A stretch of DNA of 64,000 bases from Octopus sinensis (Eukaryota), in assembly GCF_006345805.1 (NCBI RefSeq), contig NC_043000.1, positions 106,206,001-106,270,000 on the forward strand. The letters run 5' to 3'. This document shows, in pieces, positions 1-13,896 of this stretch (positions are counted from its first letter, which is position 1; the number at the start of each line of letters is the position of its first letter). Position numbers and translations under genes: made by a program. The notes below the pieces were generated by a model. That model searched no databases, was not told the DNA's origin, and saw only the letters and a program-made list of their open reading frames with translations.

Positions 1-845
1 GTTGTGGAACTATCAGACAAGCTTGGATTTATTAATTCAACCATTCATCGACACCTGCGTGCCATCTGAAAAGTCAACAAATTGAATCAATGGGTTCTTC
101 ACAAACTTTCCGAGTCTAATCGCGCGCAGAGGGAATATGTGCTCTTCTTTGCTGTCACGTCTCATGAATGAACCTTTTTTGGGACCGAATAGTGACTGGT
201 AACGATAAATGGGTTCTCTATATAAATGTCAGGCGCTGAAGACAGTGGATAGGGAAAGAAGAAACAGAAACACTGGTACTCCAGGCAAAAGAAGGTCTTC
301 ACCTACGTAAGGTGTTGTTATCTGTTTGGTTGAATATGACAGTTTTAGTCTGCCTTGAACTTCTAAGCCCAAACCAAACGATAACAAAAGAAATCTACTG
401 CGAGCAGCTTCAGTCAGCGCTAGAAGAAAAACGACCATCTTTGGTTACAAGATGAAAAGTGTTCTTCCGTCAGGAAAATGCTCGGCCACATACAGCGAGG
501 ATGACATTCGAAAGGCTGGAGCAGTTTAAATGGGAAACGATGTCCCATCCACCATATTCGCTGGACATTGCCCCATCTGATTACCTTTTATTCTGCAGTC
601 TTCAAAATTATTTGAACAGAAAAATATGAATTCTGTAGACGAGGTCAGAGCAGTACTGGAGGAGTATTTTTCGTCCTGGACAAGTGAATTTTCGAAGAAG
701 GGCCTTGTTAGTCTACCAGAGAGATGGAAGCTCATTGTAGAAAATGAAGGAGAGTATATTTTAGCTTTAAAAAGAACTTTGTTTATCTTAACTTTGGAAA
801 ATAAATAAACTTTGGATAACCGCATTATTTATGGGATGACCCATA
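1..845 (+). mobile_element. Mariner transposon remnant (begins before window), decayed DD34D transposase plus 3' end
   Basis: Manual translation gives WVLHKL (WVPHEL-like), RIVTGNDKW, ENARPH and HPPYSLDIAPSDY motifs, with stops and frameshifts; ends in a TIR-like gcattatttatgggatgacccata. Confidence 0.85.
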
Positions 846-982
846 TATATTTATATATATATATGACACCGACTACCTAATGAGTCGTTGTGCGTTCTCA
901 GAAGTTAATTATCTCTCTCAGATGAGCGAAGATTATACCGCTCATGTTCGTGCTCATCTATCTATCTACCTGTCTGTCTGTC

Positions 983-984
<2 letters not shown>

Positions 985-1062
<78 letters not shown>

Positions 1063-1319
1063 AAATGGGATGAGAACGCAAAACACTCAAATAGACGACA
1101 CAAAAAACGGACGGGTCATTCGAAGCCTCTAATCTTCAGTCAAGAACCGGATCATCCTCGCAATTTCGGCTGATATATATATATATATCTGTATCTATGT
1201 GTGTGTGAGGAGAATGTATATGTCTATAGATACACACACAAACACACACACACACACACATATATATATTTCATACATATATATGTATATATGCATATAC
1301 ACACGCACATAAACGCACA

Positions 1320-1365
<46 letters not shown>

Positions 1366-1621
1366 TGCAGCTTTTTAACAATACCTCTGAGACCACCATT
1401 AATAAGCCATAAATGTTGTCTATACTATTATGTTCACAATCACAACCACCACGGCTTAGTCTTACCAGCAATGTCATAACCAAGACAACTATCTTCGTCA
1501 CCTACTCATAACTATCATCACTACAATCAGCAGTACCATCAAACCACCACCGCCACCACTACTATCACCATCACCACTATTACTACCACCACCCTCAATA
1601 CCATCAATGCCGCCACCACCC

Positions 1622-1667
<46 letters not shown>

Positions 1668-1882
1668 AAACAATCATGGTTTACTTCTTCAAACTTTACG
1701 AAATTTTATTTACATTCTATTTGTGAGTAAACCAAAACTTCTGGCAGATGCCATAGATAAGAATATTTAAGAAAAAAAATGAAAATAAGATGCAACCTCA
1801 TCTGTTAGTCTGTCTGTCGACTACTCATCTGTCTTATGTATGTGTGTATGCATTGTATGTGTTTGAATGTGTATATGTATGA

Positions 1883-1951
<69 letters not shown>

Positions 1952-1953
1952 GG

Positions 1954-1989
<36 letters not shown>

Positions 1990-2123
1990 ATATATGTGTA
2001 TATATATATATATATACACATACATACATACATACATACATACATATGTCTGAGCGTGCTTAATTATTACATGTTTGTATACACACACACGTATATGTGT
2101 GTGTGTATCTATAGGTATATGTA

Positions 2124-2154
<31 letters not shown>

Positions 2155-2260
2155 GCATATATATACACATACATACACACACACGCACAGACACATACAC
2201 ACACACACGCACACACACACACATATTTACATGTATGTATGCGTGTTTACATGTCAGCAA
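985..2260. repeat. Compound microsatellite block (CT)n,(TA)n,(CA)n,(CTA)n,(TACA)n
   Basis: Directly visible; the overlapping YI/HT-repeat ORFs are artefacts. Confidence 0.95.
1060..1173. repeat. Dispersed repeat fragment (longer copy at ~53437-53700), abutting (TA)n
   Basis: caaaatggga...gacgggtcattcgaa...cttcagtcaagaaccggatcatcctcgcaatttcggctga occurs at both loci. Confidence 0.85.
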
Positions 2261-2559
2261 GTAGTCATATTTCTTTGCCCCACCCTCATCTCCAACACAA
2301 TCTCCTTACCCAACTTCTTACCACTTCTACGTGTCTTCCTCTCTTTTATCTACCTGAAAATATTTCCTTTATTTTTCTCTCTGTTTTTCCATATTTTGTT
2401 CTAACTGGAACACACCCAACGGCACTAGGCTGTTCTAATACATCTCTACACGCGTAAACGAACGCGTATAGCCAGCCCCCACACATTTTTGCCTTTGAGT
2501 GTTGATGCGTATACACATATATACTTAAATATGCATGTGTATATATTTGTGTGCATTTG

Positions 2560-2593
<34 letters not shown>

Positions 2594-3190
2594 TATATTT
2601 GTTAATGTTTATGTTTGTGTTCATCTATAATAAAGGCAATTTTACATTAATCTGATCGGTTACTCTTTACTGTTGTAGCAAACCATATTCTTAAACTAGA
2701 ATATTGTTGGCTGCGATGCATTTAAGTTAATCTTGGCTTTTAATAATCTTTGTTGAGTTAAAATTTTCCTTGGGTGTATGCAGCTTCGTCGCATGACTTT
2801 TAGAGGTCCCCGGCAACTTTTTGTTTCGAGGCCCCATCCCTTCAATCAAAATTCATAATCTATGCACCTTTTATTCATAGCTATATTTTACTTTATTCCA
2901 TTTGAAGTTCAATATTTCACGTTGTCCTAACGAACATCTTTAAAAGTAGAAGTTAAATTCATTTAGGTCTATTACAAATTTCAATAAGCAAAACTTCCAG
3001 ATATGAATAAAAGAGCACTTTTATAATCCAGGCAACTTTCGAAGACATCGATCAGTTCAGAATAATCAAGCTGAGAGCTAAGTTCGTGTTCAATTGATAT
3101 CATAGACAAGCCACAAAATCTGGTACACGTTCGTGGTACAATGTGATATTTTTTGCAAGTCTTTTGTAGGTACAGTGTATCACCATTTCA

Positions 3191-4461
3191 TTGGATTGGC
3201 AACTAAGTTCCCGCCGCTTTTTAAAATTTTGGAATTTATTACGTTTTTAAATTTTGCAATCTATTTTTTTCGAGAATTCTATTTTTGAATCATTTTAGTA
3301 TCTATTTTTTCTAGTTAATTTTAGTTTATTTTCAGATCATTAAAATGGAATGTCAAGTTAAGAAAAACGAACATTTTCGACACCTCCTTTTTGCTTTTAA
3401 TCAAGGTTTTAAGGCCGCAAAAGCTGCTCGTGACATTTGTGCTGTGTATGGAGCGGGTGCCATAGCTGAAAGAACCGCTCGTGATTGGTATGCCAAGTTC
3501 AAAAATGGAAATTTTGACCTCAAAGACGCACCTCGTTCTGGCCGTCCAGTTGATTTCGATGAAGAGCGATTAAACCAACTTTTGCACGAAAATACTCCTC
3601 ATACGACAAGGGAACTGGCAGAGAAAATGGAATGCTCCCACACTGCTATAGAGATGCATCTTCACTCGATGGGAAAGGTTCAGAAGCATGGAACATGGGT
3701 TCAACATGCTTTAAGTGACAACAACAAAAATCAAAGAGCCACAATCTCCGCTGGTTTGCTTGCTCGTCACAGCTCAACTCATGGGCACAAGCAACGATTT
3801 CTATAAACCGAATCGTTACTGGCGACGAAAAATGGTACCTGTACATCAATATGAAGCAACGTAAGGAATGGCTTAGCCCCGGTAAACAAGCAACACCGCG
3901 CGTGAAACAAGATCTTCATCCGCATAAAACGACGTTGTGCGTATAGTGAGACTGGGAAGGGATTATCCATTACGAATTGCTTAAACGGAACCAAGCGGTC
4001 AATGCAGAACTCTATGTTCAATAGATGGAACGACTCAACACGACTATTCAAGAGAAAAGACCTAATCGGTAACATGGAGTTCTGCTGCACGACAACGCCC
4101 GCCCGCATATCGCCAATATGAACAAGGAATCCATTCAAACGCATGTCTGGGAAGTGCTGCCACACCCACCGTACTCTCCTGATTTGGCACCAACGGATTT
4201 CCACCTCTTTCAATCTCTTTCAAATACTATGCGCGGAGTTTCGTTCAATACTGATGCAGAATTGAGAGGTTGGTTGGATCAATTTTTCGAATCGAAATCG
4301 GATGATTTCTACCAACGAGGTATTGAAAATCTTGTTGAACGTCGGGAAGTTGTAAACAACAAGGGTGAATACATTATTGATTAATTAGTTGCTATTTCCT
4401 TATTAAACCTTTAAAAAAATTTTAATTTAAAAAAACGGTGGGAACCTAGTTGCTAACCCAA
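3191..4461 (+). mobile_element. Near full-length mariner element (~1.27 kb) with both TIRs
   Basis: 5' ttggattggcaactaagttcccgccg and 3' cggtgggaacctagttgctaacccaa(ta) are imperfect inverted repeats enclosing a transposase. Confidence 0.93.
3345..4384 (+). pseudogene. Mariner transposase pseudogene (HTH + DD34D)
   Basis: ORFs 3345-3806 and 4118-4384 plus intervening frames: RSGRP, WVQHAL, VTGDEKW, HDNARPH, PPYSPDLAPTDFHLF; several stops and frameshifts. Confidence 0.92.
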
Positions 4462-5759
4462 TATTTCTTGAAATTTTCAGTTAACATAGTTTAATTCTTG
4501 TTCAACACCGTAACCAAAGTAAATAGATGACTCATCTACATATTTTGATCTTAACATGGGGCTCCTCAACTGCGGAGGCCCCCTGCAAGAGCTTAGTGAT
4601 GACCCTGGGTGTAGGGATTTGAGTGGAATAGTAATTAGGTTTTAGGGTGGGTTGTTATGGAGAGGTGTTTTGGAGAAATTTTTACTGATTAAATTTTTTT
4701 TTCTTTAATTTGTAAAGAAGTGTGCAATTTTTTAAAAAGTTTGTATGGAAGCACAAATTTTTAGATGAGTTCCATTTGGTAGGTAGGTAAAGGATATGTC
4801 AGTAGTTTTGGTTGTTGTTTTTTTTTTTATTTCTGGCTTTATGAGATTTAATCTTTTGCTTTGACAATTCAAAAGTCAAAGGGACAAAGTCTAGTTCTTT
4901 TTTAACTTATCAATTGTGCATGTCAACTGTTTTTAATAGAAATATTTAGGGATTCATGAAAGAATATAAATACGTGGTATGTTTCAGCAGGTTAGTTTCT
5001 TTACTTGTTGTTGTTGTTATTCAGGATATTTCCTGTTTATATTTGGAAGATGGAGTTATTAGTCAAGCATGATATGGTTTGGTATTTTGTGCTTTGATGT
5101 TCAAAAAAGGATGTGGGCAGGTGAATTGCTTGTTGGTCTGTATGTTTCTCTCAATGTGTTCTGTAGGTATACATTGTTCTATTAGCAATTTGATATCTAT
5201 GTAGAAATTTTAACTCTTGTATCTTATGAAATGGGTTACGTGTTCATATTTCTTCAATTCTGTTCCAATCGTGGGTATTATATAATATATCTTTTTAGGC
5301 TTCTGGATATATGCGAAAGTTGGGCATTATTAAAAGTGTGTGTATATTAATGTATAAAAATGGATATAAAAATAAATTTAATTTATATTTTAAAAAGATA
5401 AAAAAAATTTTAATCTAAAACAAGAAACGGAAGAAGAAATATTAAAAAAGAAAAGGGTCTTCCAACTTGCTCGCATAGAAATTGGTGTGTGTGTTTGTTG
5501 GTTTGAGGACTTAAAAAAAATTTTGTGGGGACTTTGGTAGGAGATAGGGAAGCTTTTAGATCATTTGTACAGTACTTGTTTTGTATGAAACTGTAAGAGC
5601 GACTTTTATGTATATTGTGGGGATGCGCATTTGTATGTATATATGAATGTGCGTGTATGTGTATGTATATATATATATATGTAAATATTTATATACCTAT
5701 GTACCGTATATGCATCCCTGTACGTATGTATGTGTGTGTGTAGAAATATATATATATAT

Positions 5760-5845
<86 letters not shown>

Positions 5846-6253
5846 AATCCAAACGGGAAACAAAAAAAAAAACAACAACAATGGAACAATTACAGTATTA
5901 TTATTAATAGGCGCTCAGGAAAAGGAAGCAGGGAGGTATGACGTTCGAGCGGAGCTCTTCGTCGGAAACATAAAGAAGGAAGAGAGAGGAAAGAAAGATC
6001 CCAGAGCGGGCAACAGGGAAAGAGAAAAAAGACGACTGGTGTTTACGAGTTGCACATGGTGAAAGGCGGATGTTTACGAAAACAGAGCAAAGTGGGTTTT
6101 TAAAGGCAAAAGAGTGGAGACAAGGTTGGTAACGCAACAGATGTGTGTGTATGTGTGAGTGTGTGCGTGTGCGTGTGTGTATGTGTGTGTGTGAGGCGAG
6201 ATGAAAAAACAAAAAGATATATATGTGTGTGTTAGTGTGTGCGTCTGTGTGTA

Positions 6254-6425
6254 AGGCGCAGGAATGGCTGTGTGGTAAGCAGCTTGCTTACCAACTGCAT
6301 GGCTCCGGGGTTCAGTCCCACTGCGTGGTACCGTGGGCAACTTTCTTCTTTTATAGCCTCAGGCCGACCGAAGCCTTGTAAGTGGATTTGGTAGACGGAA
6401 ACTGAAAGAAGCCCGTCGTATGTAT
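6254..6425 (+). mobile_element. tRNA-derived SINE family A, 5' half
   Basis: A-box-like tggctgtgtgg, B-box-like ggttcagtccc; matches copies at 7481-7899 and 35712-36255. Confidence 0.85.
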
Positions 6426-6545
6426 ATATACATATACATATATATATATATAAATTTAAAATGACGGTGAGAAATTGGGTATTAATTCAATTAACATCAA
6501 TTTAACACCAGTGGTCCAGCATATTAAAATTGAAAGAAGCCCCCT

Positions 6546-6584
<39 letters not shown>

Positions 6585-6585
<1 letters not shown>

Positions 6586-6742
6586 AGGGGGCTTCTTTCA
6601 ATTTCCGTCTACCAAATCCACTCACAAGGCTTCCGTCGGTCCGAGGCTATAATAGAAGACACTTGCCCAAGGTACCACGCAGTCGGACTGAACCCGGAAC
6701 CATGGGGTTGGTAAGCAAGCTACTAACCACGCAGCCAATCCT
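6585..6742 (-). mobile_element. SINE family A, 5' half, minus strand
   Basis: Reverse complement of the family A head. Confidence 0.85.
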
Positions 6743-7480
6743 ACCTCTACATACATAATGAGAAAAATGACTTGAGTATGTACTTATATATGAGTGTTTG
6801 TGTTGTGGCTGTATTTGCTGTTACCGTCGTCGTCGTCGTTGTTGTTGCTGTTGCTGTTGTTTGCAATTTTTATCACATTACAATCTTAGCAGTAAAATGT
6901 TGGCGAGTGAACGTCTTTGATTCAGACAGGACGTTTTGGGTTAGCCGCTACGTAACATTTATTCTACCTGTAAATTGAAAGATATTTATTTGCGTAGGCG
7001 GTAGTGGGTGTAATTAACACTAATACTCGTTTGCTTTTCTTTTATGTATTTATTGTTTGTTTATAATTCTAGACAGCAATAACAAAAACAAGAGAACAGT
7101 CAACACTCTGGCAAGATTCCTACCATATGGTACCAGATGAATGAACTACTGTATATGGCTACTGTGGTAGCAGCATCGCCATCAGCACCAGCACCAACAC
7201 CACCAGTAGCACCACCATTACCACCATCACCACCACCACTAACAACAACAATAATGTTTTCTAATTTAGGCACATGGCCAATTTTGCGGCGAAAGGTTTT
7301 GTCGACACTGTTGTCCTTTATTATATTAATCTCGAAAGGATGACCTTGGTGGAGTTGAACTCAGAACGTGGGCATCTGTAACAACAGTACATATAACACA
7401 GGAATTGAAAAAACGAACAACCGGACGGTACCCAGATATGACAAGATCACTATTGCCCGGTTAAAATGTGTAACAGGTAT

Positions 7481-7696
7481 ACTCTTTTACTCTTTTACTT
7501 GTTTCAGTCATTTGACTGCGGCCATGCTGGAGCACCGCCTTTAGTCGAGCAAATCGACCCCGGGACTTATTCTTTGTAAGCCCAGTACTTATTCTATCGC
7601 TCTCTTTTGCCGAACCGCTAAGTGACGGGGACGTAAACACACCAGCATCGGTTGTCAAGCAATGCTAGGGGGACAAACACAGACACACAAACACAT

Positions 7697-7732
<36 letters not shown>

Positions 7733-7899
7733 ATATATACGACAGGCTTCTTTCAGTTTCCGTCTACCAAATCCACTCACAAGGCATTGGTCGGCCCGGG
7801 GCTATAGCAGAAGAGACTTGCCCAAGATGCCACGCAGTGGAACTGAACCCGGAACCATGTGGTTGGTTAGCAAGCTACTTACCACACAGCCACTCCTGC
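7481..7899 (-). mobile_element. Full-length SINE family A with internal (TA)/(TG) tract and (GTAAAAGA) tail
   Basis: Near-identical to 35712-36255; A and B boxes at the head. Confidence 0.92.
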
Positions 7900-7982
7900 T
7901 AGCAGAGAAGTTTAATTAGATGTTAGTGTAGCCAGAGACAACATTTGACTGGCTTACGGAGCGGAAACACATCTCAATCACC

Positions 7983-9560
7983 ATGTTTACAAAAACCACG
8001 AATCCGCAAGACTACAGACTTATACCATGTCTTCCTACAAACTACAAATTCTTAACTGCAATAATATCGCAGACAGTAAGCAAATATCTAAAAGAAAACC
8101 CCTCCCCTATTTTGCTTGTAATGACATTGATCCTTTTGTTGATTATTGTAAACAAAACCAAGAGAAGATGCTTATTGGGAAAGAATAGGGGAAAAGATGA
8201 CTACGGATGATTTAAGGCTGTACAATCAAGATAGATAAGGAATATTGTAAGAATATTTAGTTGTAACATTGGGATGACATTCAGAACCGAGACGTCTGCG
8301 ATGATTAAGGTGAAACGGAGAAAATGAATGAAATACTTGTACAGATCTACGTAATAATGAGAATATAAGACATTATATGTAGAAGAAACACATAAATAGT
8401 TGGGAATACTGGAATGTGATAAAACCAAAAGTATGGAAGTAAAGAAAGCCCTCGATAAAGAATAATTTTGAAGAATGAAGACGATTTTAAAATCCAAATT
8501 GTGTGAAATATCATACATGCTGAGAATAGTATCTCTAATAAAATATGGAACGGGATGAGCAGAAGGATATCGACAAAAAGACCGAGGAAGCAGCTCAACA
8601 TGCACCCCCTAGCCGGAAGTCGAATGGTTAAACTGGAAAGGAACAAAAAAGAGGTAAAGGGATAATTAGTAATGATGAAGTGGTAGAACAACAGAAAACA
8701 AGTATAGGTTTCTATCTAGAAGAAAAAGTTCTTAAAAATCTGAAGAATTTTAAATGTGAAAGCAGGAATATATGAAAAAATAACAAAACACAGGAGTCAA
8801 ACTTTGAAGAAAAGAAGTTTCATTTAGCATTTTCTTTTTCTTTCTTCTTTTCTTTTCTTTTTTCCTTTTTTTTTTGCTCACAAGAACAAGAAATAAGGAA
8901 TGACATGGACATGGTTTGGGTTAAACAACGAAGTATTGAAGAAAGAGATTTTTAACAGCACAGGAACAAGACCCTTCCCCCCCAAATAAACAAGAATAAG
9001 CCAACAGGGTTATTCACATGAATGTAGAATTTACGATAGTTGAGAGAAAACTGTAGCTCACAGTATATCGGAAAGTCCACTATTATTAGCTCACAAAAGT
9101 ATAGACATGATAAAAATGCTGCAATAATTCAATGGAATTTGCATTCACAGAAAACAGCTGTAGCCATTTTATGGGAATAGTGATGAAATCCTCGAAAATG
9201 ATAAAGTGAGATTGTTATGGAACTTCCTTATACAAATCAAAGGGAGAATAAAACACAACAACCTGGATGTTATAATCGTGAATAAGAAGAATCTATCTAC
9301 TGTAATCGACGTGGTATGCTCATTTGATACTAAAGTCAAGGAAAAGAATAATTTGTGCTTTATACCAACTTGAAGTATGAAATCTGCAAATGCTGGAATA
9401 ATAAGGTTAACAGTCATAATCCTATTAATTATCATTGGGAGCTTGGGTACCATAACAAAAATTTTTGAGAGCAAACTTTGGAAAACTATAAATTAATCCG
9501 GTACAGGGTGCAGCGCAGAAAAAACTGTTTACTTGATTCAGCAAGGATTATTTGGTAAGT
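7983..9560 (+). mobile_element. Degraded R4/Dong-type non-LTR retrotransposon (RT piece, zinc-knuckle region, RLE)
   Basis: DYRLIPCLPTNYKFLTAII (RT N-terminal), TAQEQ, RHDK, ENDKVRLLWNF...HNNLDVIIV...VIDV (decayed PD-(D/E)xK RLE). Confidence 0.7.
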
Positions 9561-9734
9561 TCTCGGTACAATACAACAAATATGAGGAGTAGAAAAATAC
9601 TTTTATACAGTCGGTACAAACGTACCGTTCATTTTAGACCACGTATTTTAGTTCGATAAGAAGTATAACAAAACCAATTACAACGCCAATACCACGTAGC
9701 AGCAGAAATCTCTTTAAATCTTGCACAAGGTCAT

Positions 9735-10175
9735 CAGTTGTCCTTTATTATATTGATCTTGAAAGGATGACCTTTCGATTACATCGACCCCATTACTTGA
9801 CTGCAAGTTATTTTATCGCTCCTGAAAGGATGAAAATCTAAGATGACCTTGGCGGTGTTTGAACTCAGAACGTAAAGAGCTTGAAGAAATACTGCTCAGC
9901 ATTTTGCCCGGCGCTCAAACGAATCTGCTAGCTCACAGCCTAAATAATAGTTTCATAATTTGGGTGATGGCCAACAATTTTACAGGAGGGGTACGTCTAT
10001 CACAAAGCATGTAAGTCTATTACAGTGATCCCAGAGCTCCGCTTATACTTATTTTATCAACCTAGAAAGGATGAAAGGCAAAGTCGACTTCGGTGACATT
10101 TGAATTTAGAGAGTAATGAGCCAGACGAAATGCCATTAAGCATTTTGTCTGGTGCGGTAGCGATTCTGCCAGCAC
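9735..10175 (-). mobile_element. Cluster of decayed SINE family B copies
   Basis: gaaaggatga...gtcgac...tttgaactcagaacg segments matching 19077-19304. Confidence 0.75.
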
Positions 10176-10269
10176 GCCGCCATAACAACAACAACAGCAA
10201 CGATAACAATAAAGGCAGCGCAAGACGAAGCTTTAGCCACAAATTCGAGGGTCAACTTTAAGATAAGCA

Positions 10270-10830
10270 AGTGTCTCCACTATGCCAAAATCTGTAAACA
10301 GAGTTGACGAAACCATTGCCCATACCATACGAATGCCCAAAACCATTATGAGTTGCGGTGACACGATGAAGTAACGAAAGTGTTACACTGGAAACTTTGT
10401 GAAAAGTGGGGGCTAGAGAGAGTGGCAAGACGTGGTATGAGCACAGACCACAGAGAGTGGTGGAATCAAAGACCTACAAAGTCCTGTGAAATTTCCCAAT
10501 ACGAACAGATTAAGTGCTTGAGTACAACAAGCAGGGCCTAGTAGTGGTAGATAAGGTGAACTACTTGTGCTCTATAACTAATGTTGACCCATGAATAGTG
10601 AAGAAAGAAGGTGAAAAGATAGACATATACAATCCTGTTAAATACGGGATAGCTTGATTGTGGAAAATGAAGAGAGTGAAGATAGTGCCAACTATTGTTC
10701 GGTTCTTGGGGACAGTATCAAAAGGCATCAAGAGGAATATAAAGGAAATCGGAATAGAGTGCCCAGTAGAGCTATTATAAAAGTTTTGCTTCCTTAGCAC
10801 GGCCAGAATCATCAGGAAAGTATTGGTTGA
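10270..10830 (+). mobile_element. R4/Dong-type RLE LINE 3' fragment
   Basis: Remnant HDEVTKVLHWKLC, WYEHRPQRVVES, VKIVP and ARIIRKVL motifs across frames. Confidence 0.7.
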
Positions 10831-11199
10831 GAAGAACAGATAGCATGGTACCGTAGGCTTCAGGTAGCGAGCCCACTATGCATGCAAGTCTCCAGGAATT
10901 CCAACAAAACTTGAGTTAAAAGAAAATAATTATAATTTCTTTTATTTATTACAAAGGTGACAAATAAAGGAATATTACTAGGACAAATTCTAAAAAGGAT
11001 TGGTGTTTAAGCAGAATAGATTATATAAAAAGAAAAGGCGTGGGAAAAGGGAAAACACGTATAAAACACTTGAAACGTCCCAATACTAAAGCACCTAACT
11101 AGATCCAATCAAGAAGCTCTTCAGATTCAAGATTCTTGGGGTATATAACCTCTCCCAGTTGGGTTCTTCGTCCTACAAGTGTATACTGATAGCAGGTCC

Positions 11200-11500
11200 A
11201 TTTACCTAAATCATTCTTGGCACTTTCATCTACCTTTCAGAAAATTTACAAGACAACAGCACCACTCTCTCCATCTTCACCCGCGTCCTTAAGTGGAACT
11301 CGAAGAAGCGGTTGAAGAGAGGACCGAAGTGGGAAGTGTCTGCTTTCAGCCCCGTTAATCTTATCCACCATCGTGGCAAGTTATGACTCTCATAATTTCA
11401 GTTATAACTTGTCTGAAGAGCCTCTGCATCCACAGATGAAACTCATTGTAGCAAGAGACTGACTCGACCTAAATAAAATCTATTATTAATCTTTACTATG
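11200..11500 (+). mobile_element. Penelope-like 3' remnant ending in a hammerhead motif
   Basis: WHFHLP (HFNxxxH-like GIY-YIG C-terminal motif) followed by CUGAAGA...GAAAC...GUA, then AATAAA. Confidence 0.5.
11408..11455 (+). ncRNA. Type I hammerhead ribozyme candidate (GUA site)
   Basis: Stem I cttgt/gcaag, CUGAAGA, stem II tctg/caga (imperfect closure), GAAA, stem III ac/gt, GUA. Confidence 0.5.
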
Positions 11501-12425
11501 GTATTGTGTACTCTTTTTTTCCGGCAGCCTACATTAAATGAATATGAATTATATATCAAATATTGGCCATCGACTAATATCTTTTTCACTCACTGTACAG
11601 TTTTATCTTGCATTTAAGCCTTTTTAATATTCCAAAGTATTAAATATGCTTTAGCCCAACTTAACGATGTCTATCTAGTCAACATCTGAGGGATGCGAAT
11701 GTTTAATCACTGTTTACAACACAGGATGTGGTGTATCGAAAGAAGAAAACATTACCCATGAGGTTATATAACAGCAACAGAAACATCTTCCCACTCAACC
11801 TACATCTCTCTTCCTCAGTCTAGCCGCTTAAAGAAAGGGAAAAAGAAAGAAAAATGAATGAAAAGAGAAAGAAAGAATGAAAGGAAAGAAAGGGAAAGAA
11901 GGGGGGAAGAAAGGAAGGAAGGAAGGAAAGAAAGAAAATAAACAAATACAGAGGAAATGAGCCGAAAATCCGGTAAACCAGTGCCAAATAGCATCTTCAA
12001 GATGTGTGAGACTTACTTGGATGCAGGTTATTGGCTGGGAAGAAATGTAGGCTCAAATGTTTCTGCGGAGTAGCATGACGATGGGTGTGAGGTGGTGTCA
12101 GGTGAAAGATTCTCAAATGATGATGTAGGGCGTTGTCGAGTGAGAGGTTGTTAAATATGAGTTTGTCTATTGACTAAGAGATGACGTGGGCGTTATTTAT
12201 CTGCGGATCAGAGCTCTGATCAATCAGACCTACGATCAAAGGCTTGCCGACCGTAACAAGTCTATCTTTTTGGAAGGTTCAGAATCCTTAGGGGCGCATT
12301 TTTTAAGGTTTTCTTCTTCTTTAAGACCGTAGAGTTAGAGACGTTTAATGGCATGAACATATTGAGGAATTATCCGTGGGCCCCATTAGTTTTGAGACTC
12401 AATGCTATGTATTCTATGAACAAGA

Positions 12426-12588
12426 CAGTAGCGTTACTAGGGGTCGAAGGGGCAGCCCGCCTGGGTAATGCTTTTATGGGGGTGGACGGCACTTTTGGGT
12501 CTTCCATATAAGCCTGTGTAGGCTTGACGCTTTCGAGGGAGCAAACTCAAGGGCTGCCTAGGTTGGCATACACTCTAGCTACCCACTG
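12426..12588. mobile_element. hAT-type MITE
   Basis: Imperfect TIRs cagtagcgttactag / ctagctacccactg; internal similarity to 45182-45328. Confidence 0.55.
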
Positions 12589-12949
12589 GCCATAGAGCAT
12601 TCATATGTTTGGGTTAAGGGGGTCCTATAATACTGTGAGGACGGCCCTGTGTATAATGTTTTATGAGAGGAAAAATTCTGCTGTTATCTTTAACAGGTTA
12701 TGCGACCGCGTAGAAACTCTTGGTGGTTCGCAGGTTCACTTATTAAAGGAGAGGTATGTTGAGAGAGAGAACGAAAAGCATTACGAGGGGAGGGGCGGAG
12801 GAACGGAGGTAAGTGAAACCGAAGTTTTAGGGTAAATTTCAGCAGTTCATCTCATGCTCTGACATGTGACTTGCAACACATGAGTAGTCACAGTTGCAAG
12901 GTAAACAACACCTTTTCATCAACATCATTAACAGAAAAAGAGTAGGTAC

Positions 12950-13025
<76 letters not shown>

Positions 13026-13589
13026 ATGTTTGTATGTGTGTGTGTATAAACACATGCACACACACACACATATATATACACACGCATATATATATACATT
13101 TGTGTGTGTGTGTGTGTGTGTGTGTGTTTATCTTCACGTGCCATCTCATGTATTTATTTTGACTAAGGTATCATGGAGATGAAAACCGATAGAGCGAAAA
13201 AAAATGATAACAGAAGAAAAAGAGGACGAAGAGAAATAGAGGGGGTAAAAGATAGGAAGAGATGAGTAGACTAATATTCGTGCAGACTCACAACCTCACA
13301 AATACGCACAGATTCATGCACCCAAGCACATACATGGTACTTGCTCATGCACTTACACACGCACCATTTTTTCACTCCTGCTTTTAACTCCACTCTTTAC
13401 ATACATGCAAAAGGGAATAATAATAAAAAAAGAGAACTACAGAATGTGTGTGTGTGTTTGTAAGTATGTGGGCATGTGTGTGTAAGTATGTAATGTATAT
13501 GTGTGTGTGTGGAGAGAGAGAGATACATACATATATACAAACATACATATATTTATACACACATACACAGAATAATAGAGCGTATGCAG

Positions 13590-13626
<37 letters not shown>

Positions 13627-13737
13627 CGGAAAGAGAATAAGAGAAAGTATGTCTAAGAAAGAAGGGGATGGCTGATTAAGCGAGAAATGTAGAGAAATGT
13701 TTTAGGGTGCAGAGCAAAGAGTGAGGTGTGGAAAGTG

Positions 13738-13786
<49 letters not shown>

Positions 13787-13825
13787 GACAGACAGACGGA
13801 TAGACAGACAGATAGATAGACAGAC

Positions 13826-13896
<71 letters not shown>

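Noticed and set aside
1805-2457. Long YI/HT/CV-repeat ORFs here and at 5606, 12839, 35062, 42255, 50631, 52645 and 63326
   Set aside because: Stop-free frames of (TA)n/(CA)n/(TACA)n microsatellites
4620-5600. Possible minus-strand LINE ORF2 tail
   Set aside because: Composition is suggestive but no diagnostic motif could be read with confidence
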